Shown: positions 27,830 through 38,281, counted from the stretch's first letter. The stretch: DNA of 64,000 nucleotides from an uncultured Acidimicrobiaceae bacterium (GCA_903873395.1 CAIQOJ010000139.1:5911-69910); one strand, 5' to 3'. Made by a program: numbers and translations. Notes: generated by a model from the letters alone, not told the origin.

Positions 27830-29179
27830 TCAGCGTCGCTTGCCCTTCCCCTTGGGCTTGCGGGGGCGTGGGGCCGGACGGCCAGTCGATGGCGCATCTC
27901 CCCCGTCGGAACCGGCTGGGGAGCCTGTCTGGCCAGAGGCACGTGCAGAGCCCGCTCCAGGTCGGATCACACCAGACCCACCGCCGGACTTGGACGACCT
28001 GCCCGACGCTCCCGAGTTAGCTCCAGCCATGGCGGCAGCCATGGCTGGCGTGAGGGTCGGGCCACGGTCACCACGGGTCTCGAGACGCTGGCGGATCGTC
28101 ACATACCGCGGTTCCCGCTCCTTCATGACGGCGAGGAGCGGACTGGCGATGAAGATCGACGAGTAGGCACCACTGGTCAGTCCGATGACCAGGGCCAGGC
28201 CAAAGCTCTCGAGGGTGGTGGCACCCAAGATGACCGAACCGATGATGAGCACGCTCAGCACGGGGACGATAGCCACCAACGACGTGTTGATCGACCGGGC
28301 CAACGTCTGGTTCATCGACAAATTGACCATGTCTGAATAGGTGATGCGCCCAGAGGCACCCAGACCTTGGGCGTTGTCGCGTATGCGGTCGAACACCACG
28401 ACGGTGTCATAGAGCGAATAGCCCAACACGGTGAGTACGGCGATGACGGTGTCCGGGGTGACCAGGAACCCGAAGATCGAGTAGATCCCAACGACGATCA
28501 GGATGTCGTGCACGACAGCCACGATGGCCGCCACAGCCATTTTGAACTCGAAGCGAATCGAGATGTACGCGGTGACGGCGAGGAAGAAGATGATCAGGGC
28601 CTCGATGGCCTTCTTCGTCACCTGGGATCCCCACGTCGAGCCAACCTCGCTGAGGCTGACGTCGTTGGGGTTCGACAGGTGAGCCGCCTGGGCCAATGCG
28701 TTCTGAGCATTGATCTCGACACGCTGACGTTGACCCTGACTGAGGTTGTTGAGGTCTGCAGTGACTTCGATCTGCTTTTGGTGGTTCAACTGGTTGGTCA
28801 ACTGCACCACCGTCGGATCGGTGACCCCGGCTGACTTCACGGCCGCAGTAGCTTCGGCCACGGTGAGGGTCTGGGACGAGACGACCCATGACGTGCCACC
28901 CTTGAAATCGATGCCCTCGTTGAGTCCTCGCGTCGCCAGCGAGATGATTCCGAGCAGGATGATCAGAGCCGATACCCCGAACCACCACTTCTTGTTGCCG
29001 ATGAAATCGAACGAGGTCTGGCCGCGGTAGAGACGGAGGAAGACGTTGGGTCGCCGGCCTGAGGCCTGTGCCTCGGCCTGCTCCGCGGCAAACTCCTCGG
29101 CCAACTCGTCTTCGGGCGACACCTGCTCCTCGGTTCCCATCTGATCCTGATCTCCCGAGCCCTTTGCATCCTTGGTCAC
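27830..29179 (-). CDS. secF: Protein translocase subunit SecF (with Gly/Ser/Lys-rich C-terminal tail)
   Basis: GIDFKGGT, SIRFEFKMAVAAIVAVVHDILIVVGIYS and VFDRIRDN motifs. GTGA overlap with the secD stop. Confidence 0.93.
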   Translation of the reverse strand: MTKDAKGSGDQDQMGTEEQVSPEDELAEEFAAEQAEAQASGRRPNVFLRLYRGQTSFDFIGNKKWWFGVSALIILLGIISLATRGLNEGIDFKGGTSWVVSSQTLTVAEATAAVKSAGVTDPTVVQLTNQLNHQKQIEVTADLNNLSQGQRQRVEINAQNALAQAAHLSNPNDVSLSEVGSTWGSQVTKKAIEALIIFFLAVTAYISIRFEFKMAVAAIVAVVHDILIVVGIYSIFGFLVTPDTVIAVLTVLGYSLYDTVVVFDRIRDNAQGLGASGRITYSDMVNLSMNQTLARSINTSLVAIVPVLSVLIIGSVILGATTLESFGLALVIGLTSGAYSSIFIASPLLAVMKEREPRYVTIRQRLETRGDRGPTLTPAMAAAMAGANSGASGRSSKSGGGSGVIRPGAGSARASGQTGSPAGSDGGDAPSTGRPAPRPRKPKGKGKRR

Positions 29180-30705
29180 GACGCCACCTCCGAACCAATG
29201 CCAAGACCCTTGGCCACACCCATGCTCTTGGCATCTGTTGCCGAACTGTTCCGGCCTAGGAGAATGACGAACGGCCGGGTGAAGGTGTAGGTCATGACCA
29301 GGTCGATCACGGTTGAGATCCCCAGGAAGAGAGCGAAGCCTCGGACCGGACCGACCGACACCTCATAGAGGATGACGGCGCCGAGGAGCGAGACGAGGTC
29401 AGCGGCCACGACAGTGCGGAACGCACTCTTGAATCCCCGGTCGACACTGGTGCGGACGGTACGTCCCGACCGAGTTTCGTCTTTCAAGCGTTCGAAGTAG
29501 ACGATGTAGGAGTCGACAGTGATGCCCACGGACACGATGATGCCGATGACGCCGGCGAGGTCGATGGTGGTGCCCAGCGTCTGACCCATGATGGCGATGA
29601 TCGTCCACAACAGCGCACCGGTAAGCGCCAGTCCGGCGACCACGACAACGCCGAGCAGGCGGTAGTAGATGATCGTGTAGATCATCACGAGGATGAGGCC
29701 GATCAGACCCGACAGCAGGCCGGCCTGAAGTGATGCCTTGCCCAGCGTGGGTGACACGGTCTGGACGGTGAGTCGGTCCAGCTTGACGGGCAGGGCACCG
29801 AAGTTCAGATCAGCGGCGAGCGTCTTGGCGAAGTCCTCGCTGAACCCTCCCGAGATGGCCACCTGTCCGTTGAAGGAGGTGAAGGTGCTCTGGGTGGGTT
29901 GGGTGATCGGGGCCGACACCACCTGTCCGTCGAGGTCGATGCCGATGATGGCGTGGAACTGCTTTTGTGCGAGGGAGTCCCACAGTGCTGCTCCGGCGCT
30001 GGTCAGATTGAGGTTGACCGACCACTGACCCTGGTTCAGTTGGGCGTTGGCCGATTTGACCGCCGTGCCAGTCATGCCGGCGGGGCCGAGCAGGTACCGG
30101 ATGTTCTGAGTCTGAGCGGCCTTACTTCCCGGCAGCAACACGACGTCCACGGCCTTGTCTTGTGTGGAGGGTGTGGATGGATGGGTTGTGAACTGGGGAT
30201 CGGGACCCACATTGTTCGAGGTGTAGCCATTGGGATCATTGCTGTTGGGCGTCACTCCCAGATTTGCTGCAGACAACTCGTACTGCGCAGCACACTGACT
30301 GGGCAGTGCCGCCGTGGACACCGACTGGCCCTTGGTGACCGAGAAGGAGTTTGCGTAGCAGAGGGCAGGTCTGAAGAAGAGCTGGCCCGTATTCCCGAGC
30401 GTGGTGAGGATCTGCTGACTGTTCTTGGCGCCGGGGACAGAGACCGAGATCTGGTTCTTCCCCTGGCTCGAGACGGTGGCTCCCGATGTGCCGTTACCGA
30501 CGCGGTTGTCCAAGATGGTGACGATCGTGTCGAGCTGCGCCTGGGTGACCGGCGTATGAGTCTGGTACGTCACGGCTAGACCACCATCGAGGTCGAGGCC
30601 CAACTTGGGAGACCATCCCGCAGCCAGAGTTGCGGCCAGAGCGATGATCGTGACAGCCACCACGGAGATAAGGCTGATCCACAGCCCTCTTGTCTGCTTG
30701 TTCAT
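29176..30705 (-). CDS. secD: Protein translocase subunit SecD
   Basis: LGLDLDGG, a large periplasmic domain and a C-terminal 6-TM block (IYTIIYYRLLG..TIDLAGVIGIIVSVGITVDSYIVYFERLKDE). ATG 30705 (MNKQTRG) lies just after the yajC stop. The ORF track extends to 30840. Confidence 0.93.
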   Translation of the reverse strand: MNKQTRGLWISLISVVAVTIIALAATLAAGWSPKLGLDLDGGLAVTYQTHTPVTQAQLDTIVTILDNRVGNGTSGATVSSQGKNQISVSVPGAKNSQQILTTLGNTGQLFFRPALCYANSFSVTKGQSVSTAALPSQCAAQYELSAANLGVTPNSNDPNGYTSNNVGPDPQFTTHPSTPSTQDKAVDVVLLPGSKAAQTQNIRYLLGPAGMTGTAVKSANAQLNQGQWSVNLNLTSAGAALWDSLAQKQFHAIIGIDLDGQVVSAPITQPTQSTFTSFNGQVAISGGFSEDFAKTLAADLNFGALPVKLDRLTVQTVSPTLGKASLQAGLLSGLIGLILVMIYTIIYYRLLGVVVVAGLALTGALLWTIIAIMGQTLGTTIDLAGVIGIIVSVGITVDSYIVYFERLKDETRSGRTVRTSVDRGFKSAFRTVVAADLVSLLGAVILYEVSVGPVRGFALFLGISTVIDLVMTYTFTRPFVILLGRNSSATDAKSMGVAKGLGIGSEVAS

Positions 30706-30727
30706 GTTGCCGCCGCTCCCCGAACCC

Positions 30728-31237
30728 TCAGCCGGCAGCGTTCGGGCCGTTCGGCCCCTCGTCGGGCCCCGATGCGTCCTGATCGGCAGTGGTCGAGCCA
30801 CCTTCAGATGCATCGGTAACCGTTGAAGGACCATCGGCATCCGTTGCCGGTTGCTCGGTTACCGGTTGCTCGGTTACCGGCTGCTCACTTACCGGTGGCT
30901 CGGTCGGTGGCGGCGTCGCCTCGAGCTTGCGGAGTACATAGGGGCGAAGCACCTCGAACGAGTTGCCTATTCCTGTCTCCAACGTGACCCGGTCGCCCTC
31001 GATCTCGAGCACTCGGCCGATGATGCCTCCGGCCGTCACGACGTCATCGCCGACGACAAAGGCATTGGACGCCTCGCGGGCGGCCTTCTGCTTCTTCTGC
31101 TGAGGTCGGTAGATGAGGAAGTAGAAGGCCGCACCGATCACTACGAGGATCGGCAGCAAGCCAGCTCCGCCCGACTTCGGAGGAGGGTCTGCCCCCAACA
31201 GGTACACGGCCGTCATCATCGGAAGCGCTCCAAACAC
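30728..31237 (-). CDS. yajC: Preprotein translocase subunit YajC with a Pro/Glu/Thr-rich repeat tail
   Basis: LLPILVVIGAAFYFLIYRPQQKKQK followed by GDDVVTAGGIIGRVLEIEGDRVTLE is the canonical YajC core. It sits upstream of secDF. Confidence 0.9.
   Translation of the reverse strand: MFGALPMMTAVYLLGADPPPKSGGAGLLPILVVIGAAFYFLIYRPQQKKQKAAREASNAFVVGDDVVTAGGIIGRVLEIEGDRVTLETGIGNSFEVLRPYVLRKLEATPPPTEPPVSEQPVTEQPVTEQPATDADGPSTVTDASEGGSTTADQDASGPDEGPNGPNAAG
30847..30906. repeat. 15-bp tandem repeat (about 4 copies, degenerating) in the YajC C-terminal tail
   Basis: ccggttgctcggtta occurs twice, then ccggctgctcactta, then ccggtggctcggtcg. It encodes PVSEQPVTEQPVTEQPAT on the minus strand. Confidence 0.9.
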
Positions 31238-31370
31238 AGGGTCGTCGTCACAGCGGCCCGACTGTAGCCGACCACCGTGCGCGCGCAGTGACCACCGCCG
31301 GCTCTTCCGCGGGTCATTGGTCGTCTTCTGTCGTGCCGGCGATGGAAAGGCGGCGGTCCGATGGCACTGC

Positions 31371-32501
31371 TCACGTCTCCCATGTGTCCCTCACGCGAGC
31401 ACGAAGGGCATCGAAGGTTCCGGCGGCAATGGATGCGCGAGCCTCGCCCATGAGGGTCAGTACGAAGTGGAGGTTGTGGATACTGAGTAACCGCCAGGCG
31501 GTCGGCTCCCCTAAGACCAACAGGTGGCGAAGATAGCCCCGAGACCATCGGGCACAGGTTGTGCACGAACACTCCGGATCGAGCGGTCGATCGTCGCTGG
31601 CATTGGATGCTCTGCGCAGGCTGAGCTTCCCGTCCGAGGTCCAGATTGCCCCATGGCGTGCCAATCGGGTTGGTGCGACGCAGTCGAACTGATCGACACC
31701 GAGGGCCACGGCCTCCAACATCCCGACCGGATCTCCCACTCCCATGAGATAACGAGGTTGGTCGTCGGGAAGGAGAGGAAGCGTGGCCGCCAAGGTGGCC
31801 AGCATGGCGGGGCGGGGCTCCCCCACCGACAGGCCACCGATGCCGTAGCCATCGAAGTCGAGGGCGACTGTCCGCTCAGCACTCTCGGCCCGCAGGATCT
31901 CATCGGTCCCGCCTTGGACGATGCCGTACAGCGCTTGCCCCTCAGGTCGCTGTTCCAGAGTCCGGTGCCGCTCGCGAGCTCGACCCGCCCAGTCCGCCGT
32001 CCGGTCGACGGCCACCCGCAATGCAGCTGGAGTCGCTGGAAGTGTGGCGCAGACGTCCAAGACCATCTGGGTATCGGCACCGAGCAACCCCTGGATCTCC
32101 ACCGCCGATTCTGGAGTCAGACGCTTGGACGATCCGTCGTAGACCGAAGCGAAGGTCACCCCGTCGTCATCGACCGTCGGTTTGAGCGAGTGAACCTGGA
32201 ACCCGCCCGAATCGGTCAGGGTGTGCCCAGACCAACCGGTAAAGCGGTGCAAGCCCCCGAGCGCTGCCACTACTTCCGCGCCCGGGCGAAGCATCAGGTG
32301 GTAGGTGTTGGCCAGCACAACGTGGGCACCGAGTCCCTCGAGGTCGCCGCTGTCGAGGGCTTTGACCGCCCCACGCGTCCCCACCGGCATGAAGGCCGGC
32401 ACGGGATAGGAGCCCCGTGGGGTCACCACACGTCCCGTGCGAGCCAGCCCGTCGGTGGCATCCACCTCGACTCGATGCGCGCTCACGCTGAGCCACCCCA
32501 C
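31371..32501 (-). CDS. tgt: Queuine tRNA-ribosyltransferase (tRNA-guanine transglycosylase)
   Basis: FMPVGTRGAVKAL, LANTYHLMLRPG, DSGGFQV and the zinc site CSCTTCARWSRGYLRHL. An alternative GTG start at 32486 would give a GTGA overlap with queA. Confidence 0.96.
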   Translation of the reverse strand: MGWLSVSAHRVEVDATDGLARTGRVVTPRGSYPVPAFMPVGTRGAVKALDSGDLEGLGAHVVLANTYHLMLRPGAEVVAALGGLHRFTGWSGHTLTDSGGFQVHSLKPTVDDDGVTFASVYDGSSKRLTPESAVEIQGLLGADTQMVLDVCATLPATPAALRVAVDRTADWAGRARERHRTLEQRPEGQALYGIVQGGTDEILRAESAERTVALDFDGYGIGGLSVGEPRPAMLATLAATLPLLPDDQPRYLMGVGDPVGMLEAVALGVDQFDCVAPTRLARHGAIWTSDGKLSLRRASNASDDRPLDPECSCTTCARWSRGYLRHLLVLGEPTAWRLLSIHNLHFVLTLMGEARASIAAGTFDALRARVRDTWET

Positions 32502-33553
32502 GAAGGCGTCGCCTTCGGGCGATGTCGAGCCACGACCATGGCATCGCCAAAGGAGAGGAAACGGTACCCATCATCAAGGGCACGGGCGTAGAGCTGGCGC
32601 CACACCGGACCGCAAAACGACTCCACGAGGAGCAGCAGGCTCGATCGCGGAAGATGGAAGTTGGTCACCAGGACATCGACAACCCGAAAGGGGTAGTCCC
32701 CGTAGCAGTAGAGGTCGGTGCGGCCACTGAGCCGGCCCGTGGCCGCAGCGGTCTCGAGGGCCCTCACCGCCGTCGTGCCGACGGCGATCACCCTCTCTGC
32801 GCCCTTGCATGCCTCCACGGTTTCGTCCGGGACCGAGAAGCGCTCGGTATGGATGACGTGCTCTTCGGCGGTGGCCGCCGTCACTGGCCGGAACGTGTCG
32901 AGGCCGATGGCCAGGTCGACGCGAGCCACACGTGCTCCAGCGTCCTGACAGGACTCGAGAAGTTCGGGAGTGAAGTGCAGCCCGGCGGTCGGTGCGGCTG
33001 CCGAACGATCCTCCAAGGGACGCTGTCCCGAGTAGACCGTCTGATAGCGGCTCGGATCATCCAAGGTCTCGTGGATGTAGGGAGGCAAGGGCAAACGACC
33101 AGCTCTGCTCACCGCCGTTGGGTCGACTAGGTGGACGATCCGCGTTCCTCGGGCATCATCGCCACCACGCTCCTCGATGACCACGACAGGCGAGCCGGAC
33201 GGACCTTCATCAGGACCAGGTTCGAAGAGTTCGGTTCCCGACGTCAGCCTCCGGCCGGGCCGCACCAGGGCCTCCCATCGACCCGACGAGCCGGCGACGG
33301 GCTCGAGAAGCAGGACCTCGGCATGGCCTCCTGTTGCTTTGACCAAACGCAATCGGGCTGGAAGTACCCGAGTGTCGTTGACCACAAGCACATCTCCGGG
33401 ACCGAGGAGCGACGGAAGCTCAGCCATGGTCGGACGTTCGGGGGTCGCGGGGCCACCGAGCCCAGGCCCGATGAGCAGTCGGGCTGCACTTCGAGGTTCG
33501 ATGGGCGTCTGGGCGATGGCGGAGTCAGGCAGGCCGTAGTCATAGGCCTCCAT
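32483..33553 (-). CDS. queA: S-adenosylmethionine:tRNA ribosyltransferase-isomerase
   Basis: YDYGLPDSAIAQTPIEPRSAARLL, VVNDTRVLPARL, LPPYI and VGTTAVRALE motifs. I chose ATG 33553; the ORF track extends to 33643. Confidence 0.95.
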   Translation of the reverse strand: MEAYDYGLPDSAIAQTPIEPRSAARLLIGPGLGGPATPERPTMAELPSLLGPGDVLVVNDTRVLPARLRLVKATGGHAEVLLLEPVAGSSGRWEALVRPGRRLTSGTELFEPGPDEGPSGSPVVVIEERGGDDARGTRIVHLVDPTAVSRAGRLPLPPYIHETLDDPSRYQTVYSGQRPLEDRSAAAPTAGLHFTPELLESCQDAGARVARVDLAIGLDTFRPVTAATAEEHVIHTERFSVPDETVEACKGAERVIAVGTTAVRALETAAATGRLSGRTDLYCYGDYPFRVVDVLVTNFHLPRSSLLLLVESFCGPVWRQLYARALDDGYRFLSFGDAMVVARHRPKATPSWGGSA

Positions 33554-33668
33554 CGGCGTGCCGGCAGAGATTGTCGACGTCCCAGAGACCAGTGGCTCAT
33601 GCACGGACCCATGGTTGCAGACCCGCAGCACCGCACGGACCACCGACTGCCCATCCGAGATCCGAGCG

Positions 33669-34730
33669 CTAGAGCAGCGTGGCCTCTACGGGGTCAAGAC
33701 CGAGGTGAGACCAGGCCAGCGGGCCAGGCACCCGACCACGAGCGGTCCGAAGAAGCAGGCCCTGCTGGAGCAGATAGGGCTCATAGGCGTCCTCGAGGGT
33801 GTCCGGCTCTTCGCCGATGCATTGCGCCAAGGTGGTGAGGCCGACCGGACGTCCGGCAAACCGTCGACACAGGACATCGAGGATGGCCCTGTCGACCTTG
33901 TCGAGGCCGAGGGCATCGATACCGAAGACATCGAGGCCGGCACTCGCCGCCGCGGACGTGATCGCTCCTTCAGCCCTCACCTCGACAAAGTCGCGGACTC
34001 GTCGGAGGAGTCGATTGGCGATGCGGGGCGTGCCCCGTGAGCGCTCAGCGATCCGACGCGCGCCCTCATCATCGATGGGCACTCCCAAGATTCCCGCAGA
34101 TCGCATCACGATTGCTTGGAGTTCGTCGGGGCCGTAGAGGTCCAAACGTCCGACGAAGCCGAACCGATCGCGGAGCGGACCGGCAACAAGACCCGTCCGG
34201 GTCGTCGCTCCCACCAGGGTGAACCGAGGTAGATCGAGCCGAATGCTGCGAGCGGTGGGACCCTTGCCGATCAGGATGTCGAGCTTGCCATCCTCCATGG
34301 CTGGATACAGGACTTCTTCCACGGCGCGGTGCAGTCGATGAATCTCGTCGATGAAGAGCACATCGCCCTCTTGGAGGTCCGTCAGCAACGCAGCGAGATC
34401 ACCGGCTCGCACGAGCACCGGACCCGATGTGATCCGAAGGCCGACACCCATCTCTGCGGCGACGATCCCCGCCAAGGAGGTCTTGCCCAATCCAGGTGGT
34501 CCAGCGAACAGCAGGTGATCGACGGCCTGTTCACGACGCCGTGCTGCCTCGAGGACGATCTGGAGGTGCTCGGTCAACTGCCCCTGGCCGACGAACTCGG
34601 CCAGAGTCCGGGGCCGCAGACCCGAATCTTCGGTGTCCTCGGCCGGAGCGGCGACCGGGTCCACGGCACGGGGATCCTCGTCAGGCGATCCGAGTCCACC
34701 AAGCACCTCGTTGCGGGCGTCAGGAGTCAT
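33669..34730 (-). CDS. ruvB: Holliday junction branch-migration helicase RuvB
   Basis: LRPRTLAEFVGQ, Walker A GPPGLGKTSLA, LFIDEIHRL and TLVGATTR. ATG 34730 forms an ATGA overlap with the ruvA stop. The longer ORF-track start (34985) is rejected. Confidence 0.96.
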   Translation of the reverse strand: MTPDARNEVLGGLGSPDEDPRAVDPVAAPAEDTEDSGLRPRTLAEFVGQGQLTEHLQIVLEAARRREQAVDHLLFAGPPGLGKTSLAGIVAAEMGVGLRITSGPVLVRAGDLAALLTDLQEGDVLFIDEIHRLHRAVEEVLYPAMEDGKLDILIGKGPTARSIRLDLPRFTLVGATTRTGLVAGPLRDRFGFVGRLDLYGPDELQAIVMRSAGILGVPIDDEGARRIAERSRGTPRIANRLLRRVRDFVEVRAEGAITSAAASAGLDVFGIDALGLDKVDRAILDVLCRRFAGRPVGLTTLAQCIGEEPDTLEDAYEPYLLQQGLLLRTARGRVPGPLAWSHLGLDPVEATLL

Positions 34731-35317
34731 CGCTGGCGGGCCAGATCCCTCAGAGCCGTACGCACCAGATCCTCGACACTTGCCTGGGGATCGGCATGCT
34801 CCATTGCTGACGCGATCTCGTCTGGTCCGTAGCCCAACTCGGCCAATGCCGCCCGAGCCTCGTTGCGGGCACTCGCCCGGTCGTCGCCTCCAGTCGGCCG
34901 GTCGAGGTTCGGCAGATCGAGTCGGGCCTTGAGTTCGAGGAGCAACCGGGCAGCAGTCTTCTTGCCCACCCCAGGAACCAGACACAAGGTGGCCACATCT
35001 TCTTCGAGCACGGCCGTCGAGAGAGCTGCCGGCGACAGCGCAGACAAGATCGCCATGGCAAGCGATGGACCGACGCCATGGGCCAGGAGCAGCGCCTCAA
35101 AGCTCCTGCGCTCGTCTGCATGGAGGAACCCGTACAGCACGATGGCGTCTTCTCGAACGTGAGTATGGACGTGCAGGAACAGTGAGTCCGGTCCAGGTCG
35201 AGACGTTGCCACCAGCCTTGGACTGACCGTGACTCGATAGCCAACTCCCTGGACGTCGATCAACAGCTCCGTCGGACCGAGCACGTCCAGTACGGGTCCG
35301 CGTAGCGCACCGATCAT
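34727..35317 (-). CDS. ruvA: Holliday junction DNA helicase subunit RuvA
   Basis: MIGALRGPV..VQGVGYRV, HhH region LVPGVGKKTAARLLLELK and C-terminal domain III. ATGA overlap with ruvC. Confidence 0.95.
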   Translation of the reverse strand: MIGALRGPVLDVLGPTELLIDVQGVGYRVTVSPRLVATSRPGPDSLFLHVHTHVREDAIVLYGFLHADERRSFEALLLAHGVGPSLAMAILSALSPAALSTAVLEEDVATLCLVPGVGKKTAARLLLELKARLDLPNLDRPTGGDDRASARNEARAALAELGYGPDEIASAMEHADPQASVEDLVRTALRDLARQR

Positions 35318-35838
35318 CGGCCGTTCACCGATGGGGCTGCGGCAATGGCTGCATCAACAGCTCGACGCACCGACCCGGTAGTGAGATGGCATGCAGCCAG
35401 AGCGAGTGCATCAGCGACATCAGGAGGGCGAGGCACTTCCGCAAGTCCGAGCACTTGGGCGACCATGCGCTGCACCTGGTCCTTGGTGGCACCGCCATAG
35501 CCCACGAGTGCCTGCTTGACCTCGTTAGCCGTGTACTGCGCAACCTCGCAGCCTGACTCGGCTGCAGCCACCAAGGCGATGCCTGCCGCCTGAGCAGTGG
35601 CCATGGCCGTACGTACATTGACCTGGAAGAAGACCCGCTCCACCACGACGGCTTCCGGGGTGTACTCGGTCACCAGAGCGCGCAGTTCGAGGTGCAACGT
35701 GTGGAGTCGCTCCGGCAGCGGCATATCCGGTGGCGTCGATACCACTCCTCCCGCCACGGCACAGAGCGCCGAGCCACGTCGAGTCACGACGCCGTAACCG
35801 CAGCGGGACAGGCCCGGATCGATCCCCAGAACGAACAT
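35314..35838 (-). CDS. ruvC: Crossover junction endodeoxyribonuclease RuvC
   Basis: MFVLGIDPGLSRCGYGV.. and GYGGATKDQVQRMV, ADALALAACH. ATG 35838 preferred; the ORF track extends to 35895. Confidence 0.94.
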   Translation of the reverse strand: MFVLGIDPGLSRCGYGVVTRRGSALCAVAGGVVSTPPDMPLPERLHTLHLELRALVTEYTPEAVVVERVFFQVNVRTAMATAQAAGIALVAAAESGCEVAQYTANEVKQALVGYGGATKDQVQRMVAQVLGLAEVPRPPDVADALALAACHLTTGSVRRAVDAAIAAAPSVNGR

Positions 35839-35986
35839 GCGTTCGATAGTAGCCGTCCCCCCGGAACTTGGGGGTGATACCTGAGCCGACGCCACCTACC
35901 TCAGTACAGGGTCACAGTTGCCACTCGACGATGGCCAATCCATGGGAGCGGTGGCACTGCGCTTGGCGACGTGGACGGAGCGAGCC

Positions 35987-36736
35987 TCAGCCCTCATACG
36001 AGGCCAAGACCTCGTCTGAGATATCAAAGTTGGCATAGACATTCTGAGCATCGTCATGATCGTCGAGCGCCTCGATCAGCCGCAGTACCTTCTTGGCTTC
36101 CGCCTCGCCAGCAACCTCCACCGTCGTGGTTGCCACCATGGTCAGTTCCGAGACACCCGGCTCGAGTCCGGCATCTTCAAGGGCGACCCGAACGGCAGAC
36201 AGATCGCCTGGTTCGCTCGTGACAATCCACTTCTCGCCATCGTCGGACAGATCTTCCGCTCCGGCCTCCATGGCCACTTCGAGGATCTGCTCCTCTTCGT
36301 GGGATCGAGGAACTGACACCATGCCCTTGCGCTCGAACTGCCAACTCACCGAACCGGGTTCGGCCATTGCTCCGCCGTTCTTCGAGAAGACGTTACGGAT
36401 CTCGGCACCCGTCCGGTTCCTGTTGTCGGTGAGGCACTCCACGATGACAGCGACGCCCTCGGGGGCGTAGCCCTCGTAGGAGATGGCCTCATAGCGAACG
36501 CCTTCGAGTTCGCCCGATCCCCGCTTGACGGCGCGCTCGATCGTGTCGATCGGAACCGAAGCGTCTCGGGCCTTGGTGTACATGGTCCGCAAGGTGGCGT
36601 TGGCCGACATGTCACTGCCGCCTTCACGCGCTGCCACTTCGATCTGTCGGATCAGCTTGGCGAAGACCTTGGCGCGAGCCGCGTCCTTCGCACCCTTCTG
36701 ATGCTTTGTAGTCGCCCATTTCGAGTGCCCTGACAT
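35987..36736 (-). CDS. YebC/PmpR family DNA-binding transcriptional regulator
   Basis: MSGHSKWATTKHQKGAKDAARAKVFAKLIRQI is the invariant YebC N-terminus. Positioned next to ruvC as in many bacteria. Confidence 0.96.
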   Translation of the reverse strand: MSGHSKWATTKHQKGAKDAARAKVFAKLIRQIEVAAREGGSDMSANATLRTMYTKARDASVPIDTIERAVKRGSGELEGVRYEAISYEGYAPEGVAVIVECLTDNRNRTGAEIRNVFSKNGGAMAEPGSVSWQFERKGMVSVPRSHEEEQILEVAMEAGAEDLSDDGEKWIVTSEPGDLSAVRVALEDAGLEPGVSELTMVATTTVEVAGEAEAKKVLRLIEALDDHDDAQNVYANFDISDEVLASYEG

Positions 36737-36739
36737 GGC

Positions 36740-37348
36740 CTAGCCACTCTCCTCATCTGTCATATCCAAGAACAGCCGGTGCAGCCTACGGTCTGGGGTG
36801 AGCTCAGGATGGAACGATGCCACCAGGACATTCCCCTGGCGACACACCACCGGTCGATCCGGTGCACCATCGGTTCCTGGCAGCGTAGCCAGTACCTCTA
36901 CCCCCGGTCCTGCTGCTTCGACGACCGGCGCTCGGATGAACACGGCGGGCAGAAGTGCCTCACCGAGCGAGGGCACGGCCAACTGCGTCTCGAAGGATGC
37001 GACCTGGCGCCCATACCCGTTACGTCGGATGGTGAGGTCGATCGCATCGAAGCGACGTTGATCCTCACGCCCATCACGAACGTCGGTGGCCAACAAGATC
37101 ATGCCAGCGCACGTGCCAAAGACCGGCAGACCGCCGCGCAAGGCCGTGGCCAGCGGATCGAACAGGCCCGACGACCCGAGGAGAAGTGACAGCGTCGTCG
37201 ACTCACCCCCAGGGAGAACTAGACCGTCGAGGCCTTCCAGATCATCTGGCCGTCGAACATCGCGCACGCCGACACCCAGCCCCTCGAAGGCCAAGACATG
37301 CTCGCGCACGTCGCCCTGAAGGGCGAGCACGCCGATCGTGGGGATCAC
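36740..37348 (-). CDS. pdxT: Pyridoxal 5'-phosphate synthase glutaminase subunit PdxT
   Basis: IGVLALQGDVREH, LPGGESTT, FGTCAGMILL and FHPELT motifs. Lies downstream of pdxS. Confidence 0.96.
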   Translation of the reverse strand: MIPTIGVLALQGDVREHVLAFEGLGVGVRDVRRPDDLEGLDGLVLPGGESTTLSLLLGSSGLFDPLATALRGGLPVFGTCAGMILLATDVRDGREDQRRFDAIDLTIRRNGYGRQVASFETQLAVPSLGEALLPAVFIRAPVVEAAGPGVEVLATLPGTDGAPDRPVVCRQGNVLVASFHPELTPDRRLHRLFLDMTDEESG

Positions 37349-37372
37349 CGGTTCAGCGAGAGGAGGGTGACA

Positions 37373-38281
37373 TCACCAGCCACGTTCGGCCAAGTGCACA
37401 CCGAGCGTGCTGATCTCCTGGCCGGCCATGGCGTCGCCCAGACCGGTAGACACCTTGGCCACTAGCGACGCATCGGTGAAGTGAGCCGTCGCCTCAACCA
37501 CGGCCCGGGCCATCAGCGAAGGGTTGGAGCTCTTGAAGATGCCCGAACCGACGAACACGGCCTCGGCCCCGAGCTGCATGACCAGCGATGCGTCGGCTGG
37601 CGTGGCGATCCCACCGGCACAGAACAGCGGTACCGGGAGCTGACCCGTTTCAGCGATCTCCTGAACCAGGCCCAGAGGTGCCTGAAGCTCCTTCGCCCAG
37701 GCGAACATCTCGGCCTGGTCGGCCTGCGTGATCTTCTTGATGTCACCCAGGATGGACCGAAGGTGACGCACGGCCTCGACAATGTTTCCGGTGCCTGCCT
37801 CACCCTTGGAACGGATCATGGCCGCCCCTTCAGAGATGCGACGCAACGCCTCGCCAAGATTGGTAGCGCCACACACGAACGGGACCTCGAAGGCCCATTT
37901 GTCGATGTGGTGTGCCTCGTCAGCGGGCGTCAAGACCTCGCTCTCGTCGATGAAGTCGACACCCAGCGCGGCCAAGACCTGTGCCTCGGCGAAGTGTCCG
38001 ATGCGGGCTTTGGCCATGACTGGAAGGGTCACGGCGGCCTTGATGCCCTCGATCATCGCCGGGTCGCTCATGCGAGCTACGCCGCCGTCGCGGCGGATAT
38101 CAGCCGGAACTCGCTCGAGGGCCATCACGGCCACGGCGCCGGCATCTTCAGCGATCTTGGCCTGCTCGGCGTCGACGACGTCCATGATGACTCCGCCGCG
38201 CAGCATCTCTGCGAGACCGCGCTTCACGGTGAAGGTGCCGGTTGGCCGGCCGCCGCCGGGCGTAGAGGAAGTGTCGCTCAT
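37373..38281 (-). CDS. pdxS: Pyridoxal 5'-phosphate synthase lyase subunit PdxS
   Basis: [40 protein letters not shown] and [14 protein letters not shown] are typical PdxS blocks. Confidence 0.97.
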   Translation of the reverse strand: MSDTSSTPGGGRPTGTFTVKRGLAEMLRGGVIMDVVDAEQAKIAEDAGAVAVMALERVPADIRRDGGVARMSDPAMIEGIKAAVTLPVMAKARIGHFAEAQVLAALGVDFIDESEVLTPADEAHHIDKWAFEVPFVCGATNLGEALRRISEGAAMIRSKGEAGTGNIVEAVRHLRSILGDIKKITQADQAEMFAWAKELQAPLGLVQEIAETGQLPVPLFCAGGIATPADASLVMQLGAEAVFVGSGIFKSSNPSLMARAVVEATAHFTDASLVAKVSTGLGDAMAGQEISTLGVHLAERGW

